A DNA stretch of 64,000 nucleotides, from assembly GCA_041658725.1 (NCBI GenBank), contig JBAZZQ010000003.1, positions 22,903 through 86,902 on the forward strand, in the 5' to 3' direction. Source of the DNA: Phycisphaerae bacterium (lineage in GTDB: Bacteria; Planctomycetota; Phycisphaerae; JAAYCJ01). The translations under genes were made by a program, and so were the position numbers. The notes under the pieces are model-generated. The model was given only the letters and a program-made list of their open reading frames with translations, was not told the origin of the DNA and searched no databases. Shown here in pieces: positions 1-9,365 of the stretch (its first letter is position 1; each line of letters starts with the position of its first letter).

Positions 1-100
1 GTTTCGAATTATACAATACTTAGATCGTTTTGTCTATTGATGATAAAGACGTTTGGTGGCAGAATGAAAAGATAGTCCTAAAATCTGGAGGAAGGTTATT

Positions 101-1318
101 ATGGTGATAAATGAACGGGATGTGGTGCGGGAGCTAGCAAGGAAGGTCGCGGAAATCGCACTAGGTTCTGAAAATACGGCAATCCAAAAGCGATGGCGGG
201 ATGTTAATGCACTGCGAAAGCCCGATAGGGCACCTGTTTACTGTAGGCCGGTCGGTTGCTGGAGAGAAATTATCCCGCCCGATACGCTGGTATGTCAGGA
301 TCCATGGCTGCGAGGTTGGGAATATGAATTCCGACAACTCATCCACAAACATGACATAGATGATGATACCCCCGTGGATCCTTACTTTACGGTTTCTGCC
401 CGGTTTGATATCGATCCCTCCAATCAATGGGGAGTGGAGATCAACCGACATCAGTCTCAATCGGCAGATGGGGCTTGGGGGTACGATCCCCCTCTTAAAA
501 CCGAATCGGATTTTGGAAAGTTGCAGATGCCCGTCTATCGATTCAACGAGTCTGCCAGCCAAATACTTCTCGATCGCACGAAGGTTTTGCTTGAAGATAT
601 TTTGCCGGTCAGGCTTCAGGTTGGCCCCGGCTATGACAGTGCCACCCTGGGCACCGCTGCAGCAGACCTTCGCGGCCTGGAACAGATGATGATGGACATG
701 ATGGATCAACCGACGCTGATGCATCAGTTGATGGCCCATCTGCAACAGGCCCGTCTTCGCCTGCTCGATGCCTGGGAAGCCACGGGAATTTTAACTCCCA
801 ACACTATCGGTCCTATGCTTTGCAGCGATCCTGTCGGCGATGTGCCGTCAACGGGACGCTACACCTTGAAAAATTGCTGGTGTGCGGGCAATTCCCAAGA
901 GTTCGATCAGGTCTCGCCGGCGATGTGGGAAGAGTTTTGTTTGAACTACCAAAAACCCATTTTTGAGCGGTTCGGGCTAGTTTGTTATGGCTGCTGCGAA
1001 AATCTGACGAAAAAGATCGATGGGGTTTTGACGATTCCTAATCTTCGAATAATTGTCTGCAGCGCATGGACAAACATGGATGTGGTCCTGGATCGCACCG
1101 GAGTCAATTATTGCATCATGTGGCGGCAAAAGGCCGGCGATGTTGTTTTTCCGGATGATCCCAGTACCTTACGATACGCTCTGGAGGAAGGCGCCCGACG
1201 ACTGCAAGGGCGAAGATATCAAATTGTGCTGCGGGAACTGCAGACCCTCTGTGGCCATACGGATCGTCTGCATGTCTGGACAAAGCTCGCGAAAGAGGTG
1301 GCGGCCAAGTACCAGTAA
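101..1318 (+). CDS. hypothetical protein (possibly URO-D/MtaA-like fold; function unknown), first gene of glycan-utilisation locus
   Basis: 405-aa ORF with GGAGGA RBS 9 nt upstream of ATG. Contains Cys-rich segment CYGCCENL...DGV that loosely resembles the URO-D-family core. No firm motif. Confidence 0.5.
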   Translation: MVINERDVVRELARKVAEIALGSENTAIQKRWRDVNALRKPDRAPVYCRPVGCWREIIPPDTLVCQDPWLRGWEYEFRQLIHKHDIDDDTPVDPYFTVSARFDIDPSNQWGVEINRHQSQSADGAWGYDPPLKTESDFGKLQMPVYRFNESASQILLDRTKVLLEDILPVRLQVGPGYDSATLGTAAADLRGLEQMMMDMMDQPTLMHQLMAHLQQARLRLLDAWEATGILTPNTIGPMLCSDPVGDVPSTGRYTLKNCWCAGNSQEFDQVSPAMWEEFCLNYQKPIFERFGLVCYGCCENLTKKIDGVLTIPNLRIIVCSAWTNMDVVLDRTGVNYCIMWRQKAGDVVFPDDPSTLRYALEEGARRLQGRRYQIVLRELQTLCGHTDRLHVWTKLAKEVAAKYQ

Positions 1319-1338
1319 AATATGAAGGATGCACGTTA

Positions 1339-3366
1339 ATGGATAATTGGATGAACAAACTAAAAATGGATATTCAAGCCGTCCACGTCGTCTTCAAGAG
1401 TCATTTGGACGTGGGGTTTACTAACTATGCACGGAAGGTGGTGCACGATTACCTGTTTAGATATATTCCGGGGGCGATTCACGTGGCTCGTGAGCTCCGC
1501 GAGTCGGGCCGGTCTGAGCGGCTCATCTGGACGACGGGTTCGTGGCTGATATACCATTACCTGGAAAAGGAATCGAAAACCAACAAGGACCTGTTGGTGC
1601 AGGCCATTATCGATGGCGATATTACTTGGCATGGACTGCCCTTTACGACGCACAGCGAACTGATGGATGAGAACTTGTTCCGTCATGGCTTAGGTTTGTC
1701 CAAAATTCTCGATCAGCGGTTCGGCAAAACAACGATTGCCGGAAAGATGACGGATGTGCCGGGTCATACACGGTCCATCGTTCCCTTACTGGCCGAGGCG
1801 GGAATTCAATTCCTGCACATTGGGATCAATCCGGCATCTACGCCTCCAGGCGTACCACCGGTATTTGTCTGGCGAGACCCTTCGGGCCGGGAATTAGTCG
1901 TCATGTACCACAAGGGTGCTTACGGTGATCTAATGACGGTGCCGGCAATGCCAGAGGCCGTGTTTTTCGCCCATGCCGGAGACAACCACGGTCCTCAGTC
2001 AATTCATGACGTCACCGCGACCTACGACGCGCTTCGTCGGCAATTTCCATCGGCCAAAATTTCGGCCTCCACCTTGGATGCCTTTGCCCAAAAGCTTCTG
2101 GTGATCAAAGACAAACTCCCGGTGGTAAACAAAGAGATTGGCGACACCTGGATCCATGGGATTGGAAGCGATCCGGGCAAAGTAAGACGGTTCCGCGAAC
2201 TTCTTCGATTACGGAACGTATGGCTGGCGAAAGGACGGGCAGAGGAATTCAGGGAGGAATTCAAAAGTTTCAGCGACGCATTGCTTTTAATTCCCGAACA
2301 TACCTGGGGCATGGATATAAAGACTCATTTAGCGGACTTTGCCCACTACTCCAACGAACAATTCCGCCGGGTCATGAAACTCGAGAAGTTTAAAAAAATT
2401 GAAGCTTCCTGGGCCGAGCAGCGGGGATATTTAACTCAAGCGGTAAGCGCGCTCCGGCATACGCCGATGATGTCCGAAGTTAATAAGGCTTTCAAAACCT
2501 TGACGCCCGTCTGCCATCGTTCCAGGGAATTTGAACGAGTCCGGCAAGCGGATACGCTGTTTGAAACGGACCGATTTGTCGTTCGATTCCATCCCATCAC
2601 CGGCGAGATGGTCTATTTAAAGCTTCGCGATCACGGGCAGGTGTGGGCTGCCTCGCGCCGACGGCTGGGTCTATTCTGGTATGAAAACTTTTGCCAAGCG
2701 GATTATGATCGGTTTGTGGCCCAGTACCTGCGGCACCTTGAAAAGCACAGAGGTTGGGCCATTCCCGATTTTACCAAACCGGGCATCGGAAGAGTGGTCC
2801 GCTCCCATCGACGTTGGCAAAGCCAGTCATGCCTTCTATGGACCCGGAAAACCACCACCGGATTGGACTTTCTGCTGGAACTGCGGATGCCAGCCCATTG
2901 CGTCCAACACTTGGGTTGCCCTGGAAAAGTTCTGCTGGAAATCCGTCTGTGCGATGAGCGGACGAGCATTGCCTATAAGCTTCAAACATTTGAAAAAAAC
3001 GCCTGTCGACTTCCGGAGGCAATGTGGCTGTCTTTTTGTCCCTGTACCTCCGCCCGCGGGGCCTGGACTTTGAATAAAATGAACCGGCAGATTTCTCCTC
3101 TGGAAGTAATCCGAAATGGGAACCGAAAACTGCACGCGATTTCTGATTATGCGGTCTATACTGATCGAGAGAATACCTTCCGCATGGAAACGCTGGATGC
3201 GCCTTTGGTGGCCCCGGGGCAACCTTCTCTATTGGACTTCAACAATCGCCAGCCGAACCTGCAAAAAGGAATCCACTTCAATTTATATAACAACGTCTGG
3301 GGAACGAATTTTCCCATGTGGTATAGTGACGATACTTTGTTCCGATTTGAAATCACATTTGTTTGA
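1339..3366 (+). CDS. GH38-family-like glycoside hydrolase (alpha-mannosidase-like N-terminal domain)
   Basis: N-terminal motif VHVVFKSHLDVGFT (HxxxxSHxDxG[FW]) and the later WHG...HSELMDE segment resemble the GH38/GH57 catalytic-domain signature. 675 aa. Confidence 0.45.
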   Translation: MDNWMNKLKMDIQAVHVVFKSHLDVGFTNYARKVVHDYLFRYIPGAIHVARELRESGRSERLIWTTGSWLIYHYLEKESKTNKDLLVQAIIDGDITWHGLPFTTHSELMDENLFRHGLGLSKILDQRFGKTTIAGKMTDVPGHTRSIVPLLAEAGIQFLHIGINPASTPPGVPPVFVWRDPSGRELVVMYHKGAYGDLMTVPAMPEAVFFAHAGDNHGPQSIHDVTATYDALRRQFPSAKISASTLDAFAQKLLVIKDKLPVVNKEIGDTWIHGIGSDPGKVRRFRELLRLRNVWLAKGRAEEFREEFKSFSDALLLIPEHTWGMDIKTHLADFAHYSNEQFRRVMKLEKFKKIEASWAEQRGYLTQAVSALRHTPMMSEVNKAFKTLTPVCHRSREFERVRQADTLFETDRFVVRFHPITGEMVYLKLRDHGQVWAASRRRLGLFWYENFCQADYDRFVAQYLRHLEKHRGWAIPDFTKPGIGRVVRSHRRWQSQSCLLWTRKTTTGLDFLLELRMPAHCVQHLGCPGKVLLEIRLCDERTSIAYKLQTFEKNACRLPEAMWLSFCPCTSARGAWTLNKMNRQISPLEVIRNGNRKLHAISDYAVYTDRENTFRMETLDAPLVAPGQPSLLDFNNRQPNLQKGIHFNLYNNVWGTNFPMWYSDDTLFRFEITFV

Positions 3367-3390
3367 GATTTTCGTTTGGGATGACCGATT

Positions 3391-4473
3391 ATGAAAAATA
3401 TGCGAAAAATTGACGACATCGTGCAAAGATACAAAACATTTTACTCCTCCGATCAAGGGGCGTTGATGGTCTTGACGGACGTTGCAGCCGGGGCAGAAGA
3501 TCTTCCGGAGGATATCCCGCTAAATCGGCTGGACTGGAAAGACGAGGCCGCGATCCGGAGATATGCCCGGAGTCATCTAAATAGAATCCGCGAGTCCTGG
3601 AAACGACAGCCGTTCCTGGATGATGATCGGATATTGTCCTTTCAAAACCTTGCCGGAACCGGGGCAATTGCTGCGGCCTTTGTGAAGGACCCGGTGGTTC
3701 ATCACGAAGAGGATACCAATTATCTTGAGCCGCCCATTAAGGATTGGAACGATGGCGTTGATCGGATCGGCTTCGATCCCCGCAATCTGTATTACCAGGC
3801 GCAAATGGTCATGTTGCGGACCTACATTGAGGACTGGGACGGCAACTATGGAATCCTGCCTTTCACGCACTTTGACCCTTTCGATTTGGCCAACCAATTT
3901 CGAGGCAATAGTATTTTCTATGATCTTCAGGATGAAGCGGAGAATCTGCATGCCCTTCTGAGGCGCAATACGACATGCATCCTTCAACTCGAGCAGCACA
4001 TGCGGGAGAATTATATTCGAGGGTATGATCTCGAAGGTATTTGCCTTGGTCTGTGGTGTCCGGCGGGAAACTACCTCTCTTGCGATATCGGCGACATGGT
4101 TAGTCGCTCGGCTCTTGAGGAATTCGGTCGGCCCTATTTTGACTCCATTGTTTCAGAATGGGGTGGGGCTTTTCTTCACCATCATGAACTGGGACTCCAT
4201 CAGATTGACGTCTGGTCCGAAAGTCCCAAGCTGTCCGTTCAATTTTTGAATCGGGATCCCAATACAAAACACCTGGCACAAGCTCGGATAATCGATGAAG
4301 CAATTATTGCCTCAACCTTTCGTGTGCCTATTGCGTTCATTGCAGACTATGATGAGTTTATGACCGGCGCGGATTCCTGGTCAAAAGGGAAATTTGTCGT
4401 TCATGTAATCTGCGAATCCCCCGAACAAGCACGTATGGCGGTGAGGAAAGCTCGCTCATTGCGCGGATTCTGA
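3391..4473 (+). CDS. hypothetical protein
   Basis: 360-aa ORF co-directional with the upstream genes. No recognisable catalytic motif. Confidence 0.5.
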   Translation: MKNMRKIDDIVQRYKTFYSSDQGALMVLTDVAAGAEDLPEDIPLNRLDWKDEAAIRRYARSHLNRIRESWKRQPFLDDDRILSFQNLAGTGAIAAAFVKDPVVHHEEDTNYLEPPIKDWNDGVDRIGFDPRNLYYQAQMVMLRTYIEDWDGNYGILPFTHFDPFDLANQFRGNSIFYDLQDEAENLHALLRRNTTCILQLEQHMRENYIRGYDLEGICLGLWCPAGNYLSCDIGDMVSRSALEEFGRPYFDSIVSEWGGAFLHHHELGLHQIDVWSESPKLSVQFLNRDPNTKHLAQARIIDEAIIASTFRVPIAFIADYDEFMTGADSWSKGKFVVHVICESPEQARMAVRKARSLRGF

Positions 4474-4509
4474 AAACGAGGGCGTAAGTCCAGTCAAAAG
4501 GGATAAGCA

Positions 4510-6507
4510 TTAAGCTGGACCCTCCTTAATGAGATTATGTCTAAAAATCTTCCGCAGGGCCAGGGCTGCCGGTTTGGGACGGCCATGAAAATCGACGATG
4601 GAAGTATTGGCCGAACAAGGATAACAATCGTGTCCCATCCAGATGATCACGCCGCCGCACTTCGGGAACCGGTCCTTGCAGGCCCTGACCGCAATGGTCA
4701 AGGCGTTTGCCTGCCGCTGCTGACTCCAGGCGACATACTCCGCCAGATCTTTCGGTTCACGTTCCTTTTCCTCCACAAACACGGGCCATTCGATCCACCA
4801 GGGGAGCGGACGCCGCCATAGGGGATTTTCCGCGCTCGCGGGAAAGGCCGGCAGATCGCCTTTAAAGTATTCAATGATGTCCACCGGACTGGCTCCGGGG
4901 GCACCGAGTTCGGACCGAAAGAGGGCATCGTCATTCTTCCAATATCGTATCCATTTGTCGTCCACTCGTCCTTCCACCTTCCACGGCCCGTGGACATCCC
5001 AATGCACGTTTTTGCCAAAATCCTCTTCCACACCCGAGGTTCGCGGCCCGGAGGGCGAACCCGAGAGGCATCGCCGTCCCGGGTCCAGTTCCGAAACGAT
5101 TTTCTTGAATCTCCGCAACAAGGGGTGGCTAAAATCGACGGGTTTGTTGCTTCCCACCTTGTTCCCGCTCTGATCGCCCAACAGTTCGTTGCCTCCGCAC
5201 CACAGGAAAAGCGAGGGATGATGCTGCCGGCGGACGATAAATGACCGGGCAATTTCCGAAAGTTCGGCGATGCTCTTTTTGTCTTCCGGCGGCCAGTTGT
5301 CTGCGCCCGACGAGGAGAGCGGAAATTCCTGCCAGACCAGGAATCCCATCTGGTCGCACATTGAATAAAAGACTTCCCGTTCCAGAATTCCTCCGCCCCA
5401 TACGCGAAGGACATTCACTCCCAAATCGCGATACACCTCCAGCCGTTTACGATAATCATCAGGGGTCACCTCGGCAAAATTCGCCAGAATGGGAACCCAA
5501 TTGATCCCCTGCAGAAAAATCGGCTTACCGTTGACCACGCAGAGCCACGGGTCGGCATTTTTCGGGGCGTCTTCACACCGCTTCCATTCGATTTGCCGGA
5601 ATCCCACCGGCCGGGCGACGGCGTCGTTCTCGGTTCCTTCTTTATCCAACAGTCGGCAATGCAGTGTATAGAGAGGCCGATTACCCTGACCGTTGGGCCA
5701 CCAGAGTTCGATCGGCAAATCCGTCCACGTTACACCCGCCGCCAATTCGGAACCGTTCACATCCTGTGTCTTTAGAATTCTTCCATCCTGCTCCAGCGAC
5801 AACCGAACTACCGCGTCCGCTTCTCCCAGGACCGAGCCTGCCATCCAAGCCTCGCCGGTTCTTGTTCGGTAATTGGTTGTGGTGGTGCAACGGAATTCCT
5901 TGATCTCCCATCCACGGCTGGCCTTCAGAAAGATTGAGTCCCAGATCCCGATCTGCACCAGCCGGCCCACCCAGTCCCACAGGTAATTGAATCGCACTTT
6001 CCATTCCGTCATCTGCGAAGTGAATCCGAATTGCCCCAGCCACCGCGGCGGACAGTCGAACACGATCTGCAGAAAATTCTTTTCCTTGGCCAAATGCGGG
6101 ATCAGGGCAAAGGTGTGCGGCACGTGAGAGCCTTTGAAGGTTCCCACTTCTTTGCCGTTGATAAGGACCCACCCGGAATAATCCAGTCCCCGGCAGACCA
6201 TATACAAGGCCGTGCCGTCTTGGATCCATTCATCGGGGATCACGGCCTCGTACATCCAGTGCCGGTTTTCCACCCACTCGCACTTGCGGGCATTCAACCC
6301 TTGGTTCCAGTCCGGAATAATACCTTTTTCCCGTAACGACCACTGCACCGATCCTGGAACCTTGGCTGTAATAGCTGGAACTTCCGGTATTTGCGATAAA
6401 GTCATATCCGGCCGTTGTTCCAGTCGCCAGATATGCGGAATCCAACCCGTCAATTTCCATTCCAGCTTTGATAAATCATAATAGTGTATTTTTCGCAATT
6501 GATCCAT
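4510..6507 (-). CDS. GH2 glycoside hydrolase, beta-mannosidase-like
   Basis: 665 aa. Motif WWPNGQGNRPLY matches the beta-mannosidase WWPxGxGxQPLY signature. AAAGGA RBS. Confidence 0.7.
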   Translation of the reverse strand: MDQLRKIHYYDLSKLEWKLTGWIPHIWRLEQRPDMTLSQIPEVPAITAKVPGSVQWSLREKGIIPDWNQGLNARKCEWVENRHWMYEAVIPDEWIQDGTALYMVCRGLDYSGWVLINGKEVGTFKGSHVPHTFALIPHLAKEKNFLQIVFDCPPRWLGQFGFTSQMTEWKVRFNYLWDWVGRLVQIGIWDSIFLKASRGWEIKEFRCTTTTNYRTRTGEAWMAGSVLGEADAVVRLSLEQDGRILKTQDVNGSELAAGVTWTDLPIELWWPNGQGNRPLYTLHCRLLDKEGTENDAVARPVGFRQIEWKRCEDAPKNADPWLCVVNGKPIFLQGINWVPILANFAEVTPDDYRKRLEVYRDLGVNVLRVWGGGILEREVFYSMCDQMGFLVWQEFPLSSSGADNWPPEDKKSIAELSEIARSFIVRRQHHPSLFLWCGGNELLGDQSGNKVGSNKPVDFSHPLLRRFKKIVSELDPGRRCLSGSPSGPRTSGVEEDFGKNVHWDVHGPWKVEGRVDDKWIRYWKNDDALFRSELGAPGASPVDIIEYFKGDLPAFPASAENPLWRRPLPWWIEWPVFVEEKEREPKDLAEYVAWSQQRQANALTIAVRACKDRFPKCGGVIIWMGHDCYPCSANTSIVDFHGRPKPAALALRKIFRHNLIKEGPA

Positions 6508-6554
6508 TGTGATCCTTTCTCAGAAACCGCCTTCAAAATAAGTAGATTTCAATG

Positions 6555-8615
6555 CTAAACCCGTCGGCATAATTTGATGGATAGGGGATCTCCCCCCATT
6601 TCTTCAAATAAAACGAGGGTATTGTGGTCGTTAAGCCAGTCGGCCGGCACATGATAATACCGTTGCGTGGGCTTACCAGTCCCGATATCCTGTATCCCTT
6701 GTTGTTTGAGCCGCTCCGGGGTCTGGCCAACGGCAGGGGCCAGCCAGTAGCGGCACAGGCATCGGCCGTTAAGCCAAACCAAACCTTTGTTCATTCCCTG
6801 AAGGTCCAGAGTCCATGGGCCTAGGCCCTTTGGCCGATCGAATAGGGTCCGCCACCAACTCAGGGGCTTACTACGACCAGCCTTCTTCTTCCAAGGGACC
6901 AGGTCTCCCGCCTCCTCAAACACCCGCCATCGCTCGCCCGCCAAGCCCGGCTGAATTTGCCACGGACCGCCGATCGGGAGATCCTTCCACGTTACTTTTC
7001 CCCACAACCCTTTGCGTTCATTGACCATATTTTCCCCGCCGATCAGCCAATCTCCTTTGATCAGGCCCAACCCGCAGCATAGCAGCGATAACTCATGGGT
7101 TCCTGCTTTCAGGTTCAAAGGGAAGGACTGCGTGAAATTCGGCCCTGACATAGGACCACGCTCTTCAACCAAAGGGTTTGCCGTCCAGGCCACCAGTTTC
7201 TCATCCACGTAGACATAAACAAAATCCGCCACGCCCGTCAGGCGTAATTCCCCGGCCCCCGCATGGTGCGGAGACACCGCGAAGTTCGTCGAATACCGGC
7301 AATAATCGGTCTTGTCGAGGGTGAAGGTCAATTGCTCCACGGGTACATTAACCGTAATGACCGGGGCAGAATTCTTTTTCAGTTCCCTCCATTGGGTAAA
7401 GGCGGAGAATGTTTTTTTCAAGGGCTTCATTTTTCTCCGTACCGTCGAATCGGTGGAAATCTCGGCTGTATTCATAAGGACCTTCCCATCGGCTAGGAGG
7501 ATCACCGATTGTCCCGCCAGCAAATACTTGTTTTCTCGGTACTCCACTTTCGCTGGCGCACAATCGTCGTTGCACAGGAAGATCAGCGGTTCATAGTCGT
7601 AGGCGACCTGCTGGGGCCCGAAAACCTTCGGCTGCGGCGGGTCGCGGCGGAGCAACTCATCCGAAAATTTCCAAAGGATATGGTGCAGTCGGGACAAGTG
7701 ATTATACTTCGTCGTGACCAATCCGTATTCATCGAGGGGGGCATCAGAATCGTAACTTGTCGTCTGCAGGAACATTGCCTCACGGCCAAAATTCGTCCCC
7801 CCATGCCACATGTAATAATTGTTGCCGGTTCCTCCCCCGGCAAAAAATCTCGCGGCGGCGTAAGCCGTGTTTTCCGCAGAGCGAACATGATGCGGATATC
7901 CATAGGTGTCGTACCATGCCTGCCAGTTTTCCGACCATACTGCCGGCTGGTCCGGATGCTCCATAAAATGTTTTTCGAGCAGCCGATGACCAAACCAATC
8001 GTTGATGGTCTCGATCGCTCCGGGCATTCCCCCAAGGCACATTACCCAGGGTACTCCCAGGTTCTGAGCCAAGCCCAGATTAATCGCCCAGGTCAAATAT
8101 TTTTGCCCTTCTTGCCCGTACTGGCTTGCGATGAGGGCATATTCATTTTCAATTTGGGCGAGGATGATTGGCCCGCCATTGGGGGCAAATTCTGGCCGAA
8201 GGTAATCGCAGAGAAACCGAACCCACTGGGCCATCTCCCGTTTGAACGGCTCGTTATTTGTTCGCATCTGAATCCCAGGCTCGTCCCGCAGCCAGGAAGG
8301 AAATCCCCCATAATTCGTCTCCGCGCAGATAAAAGGTCCGATCCGCAGGATCACGTGCAACTCGCGCTCCTGGGCCAGTCGGCAGAAATATTTCAAGTCC
8401 AGCCGGTCGGAGAAATCATACACCCTGCGCTGTTGTTCATGAAGATTCCAGAAGACATACGTCTCAATGGCGTTTAACCCCGCCTTCCGGCTAAGATCCA
8501 TCAGCCTCGGCCACATTTCCCGGCTGCTCCGGGGATAGTGGATCGCCCCGCTCAAGAGCAACGTCCGTTTTCCGTTGATCGTCACTGCTCGGTGATCGTA
8601 ACTGACTGCGGTCAT
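6555..8615 (-). CDS. GH35 beta-galactosidase
   Basis: 686 aa. Carries GH35 hallmarks GPFICAETNYGGFPSWL and the acid/base motif IILAQIENEY. Confidence 0.9.
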   Translation of the reverse strand: MTAVSYDHRAVTINGKRTLLLSGAIHYPRSSREMWPRLMDLSRKAGLNAIETYVFWNLHEQQRRVYDFSDRLDLKYFCRLAQERELHVILRIGPFICAETNYGGFPSWLRDEPGIQMRTNNEPFKREMAQWVRFLCDYLRPEFAPNGGPIILAQIENEYALIASQYGQEGQKYLTWAINLGLAQNLGVPWVMCLGGMPGAIETINDWFGHRLLEKHFMEHPDQPAVWSENWQAWYDTYGYPHHVRSAENTAYAAARFFAGGGTGNNYYMWHGGTNFGREAMFLQTTSYDSDAPLDEYGLVTTKYNHLSRLHHILWKFSDELLRRDPPQPKVFGPQQVAYDYEPLIFLCNDDCAPAKVEYRENKYLLAGQSVILLADGKVLMNTAEISTDSTVRRKMKPLKKTFSAFTQWRELKKNSAPVITVNVPVEQLTFTLDKTDYCRYSTNFAVSPHHAGAGELRLTGVADFVYVYVDEKLVAWTANPLVEERGPMSGPNFTQSFPLNLKAGTHELSLLCCGLGLIKGDWLIGGENMVNERKGLWGKVTWKDLPIGGPWQIQPGLAGERWRVFEEAGDLVPWKKKAGRSKPLSWWRTLFDRPKGLGPWTLDLQGMNKGLVWLNGRCLCRYWLAPAVGQTPERLKQQGIQDIGTGKPTQRYYHVPADWLNDHNTLVLFEEMGGDPLSIKLCRRV

Positions 8616-8851
8616 TAAATGTCCTTTTCTGCAACTTGCATAACCAAGACTGGTTTATCCATTTGAAGGCGATCGTAGCGTATCGATCCACTGCTTCAAA
8701 TAATCAACAGTTAGAAAACAAGCATCTTCCATCTATCGTCAAACACAGACGAGATGCCTTGATCAAATTCTTGCCGAAAAGCCTCTTTAAAAAAATGGGA
8801 GGCTCTAAATATAATACTTGACTATTGATGTAAAATCAATTACAATACCAG

Positions 8852-8876
8852 TGTAACGTTCAGGTAAACGTTACAC
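8852..8876. promoter_or_regulatory. Imperfect palindrome GTAACGTTCA-GG-TAAACGTTAC, candidate LacI-family operator
   Basis: 10-bp inverted repeat (9/10 match) around an AACGTT core, about 20 bp upstream of the lacI-remnant start. The same element recurs upstream of the intact lacI. Confidence 0.4.
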
Positions 8877-8895
8877 TTAAAATGTAATATTTCAC

Positions 8896-9286
8896 GATGA
8901 AGAAGAGATCTTTTGCAACAATTCGGGACATGGCGTCGATGTCCGGGCGAATGGCCGTCCCGGGTGATCGACTGAAAGTGCGTGGATTTTCCAATTGATA
9001 TCCCCACGGCCCCGAATTGCTTCAAGAAACGGTTCTCGCACCCAGAGATATGGGAGGCCTTGGGTCCGAGCCTTGGTCCACGGCATCTGTCTGTTACAGC
9101 ACCTTGACCGCTCTGGAGCCATACGCCCCTGCTAGCGCAAGGGCATCGAGGTTCAGAAGGTTTTTGCCATGGTGGCCTTTGACGAGCTTTGGGAGCGGGC
9201 GGAAATCGCGTATCTGGCAAGGCCGTTCCAGCAAGATTCTACCGCTCCGATTGAATGTCCGGGAATCCATTTTCAAAATGCTCTAA
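8896..9286 (+). pseudogene. LacI-family regulator pseudogene (internally deleted, frameshifted copy of the 13968-15008 gene)
   Basis: The first ~13 codons (MKKRSFATIRDMA) match the intact lacI N-terminus, and homology resumes at the C-terminal third (VCYSTLTALE...ILPLRLNVRESIFKML). The copy has multiple deletions and frame changes and is about 390 bp versus 1041 bp. Confidence 0.75.
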
Positions 9287-9305
9287 CGAGATTTCAGTTT
9301 CAATT

Positions 9306-9330
9306 CCTCCGGGTTGTGTTGACCCGGAGG
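9306..9330 (+). promoter_or_regulatory. Stem-loop CCTCCGGGT-N7-ACCCGGAGG in the leader of gene 9366
   Basis: Perfect 9-bp inverted repeat. It lies 36 nt upstream of the ATG and is not followed by a U-tract, so it is a leader structure or operator rather than a canonical terminator. Confidence 0.3.
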
Positions 9331-9365
9331 GGTTGAAACAAAATGTGTAACTAGGGAGTACGAAA

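Noticed and set aside
7509-8477. 322-aa ORF on the plus strand
   Set aside because: It lies entirely antisense to the well-supported GH35 gene, with low-complexity Arg/Pro-rich translation and no motif. It is a shadow ORF typical of GC-rich coding regions.
8852-8876. Relating the lacI operator-like palindrome (GTAACGTTCAGG) to the MITE TIR (GTAACCGTTCAGG)
   Set aside because: They differ by one nucleotide in a 12-mer, which could be coincidence. There is insufficient evidence that they are evolutionarily or functionally related, so the resemblance is noted only here.
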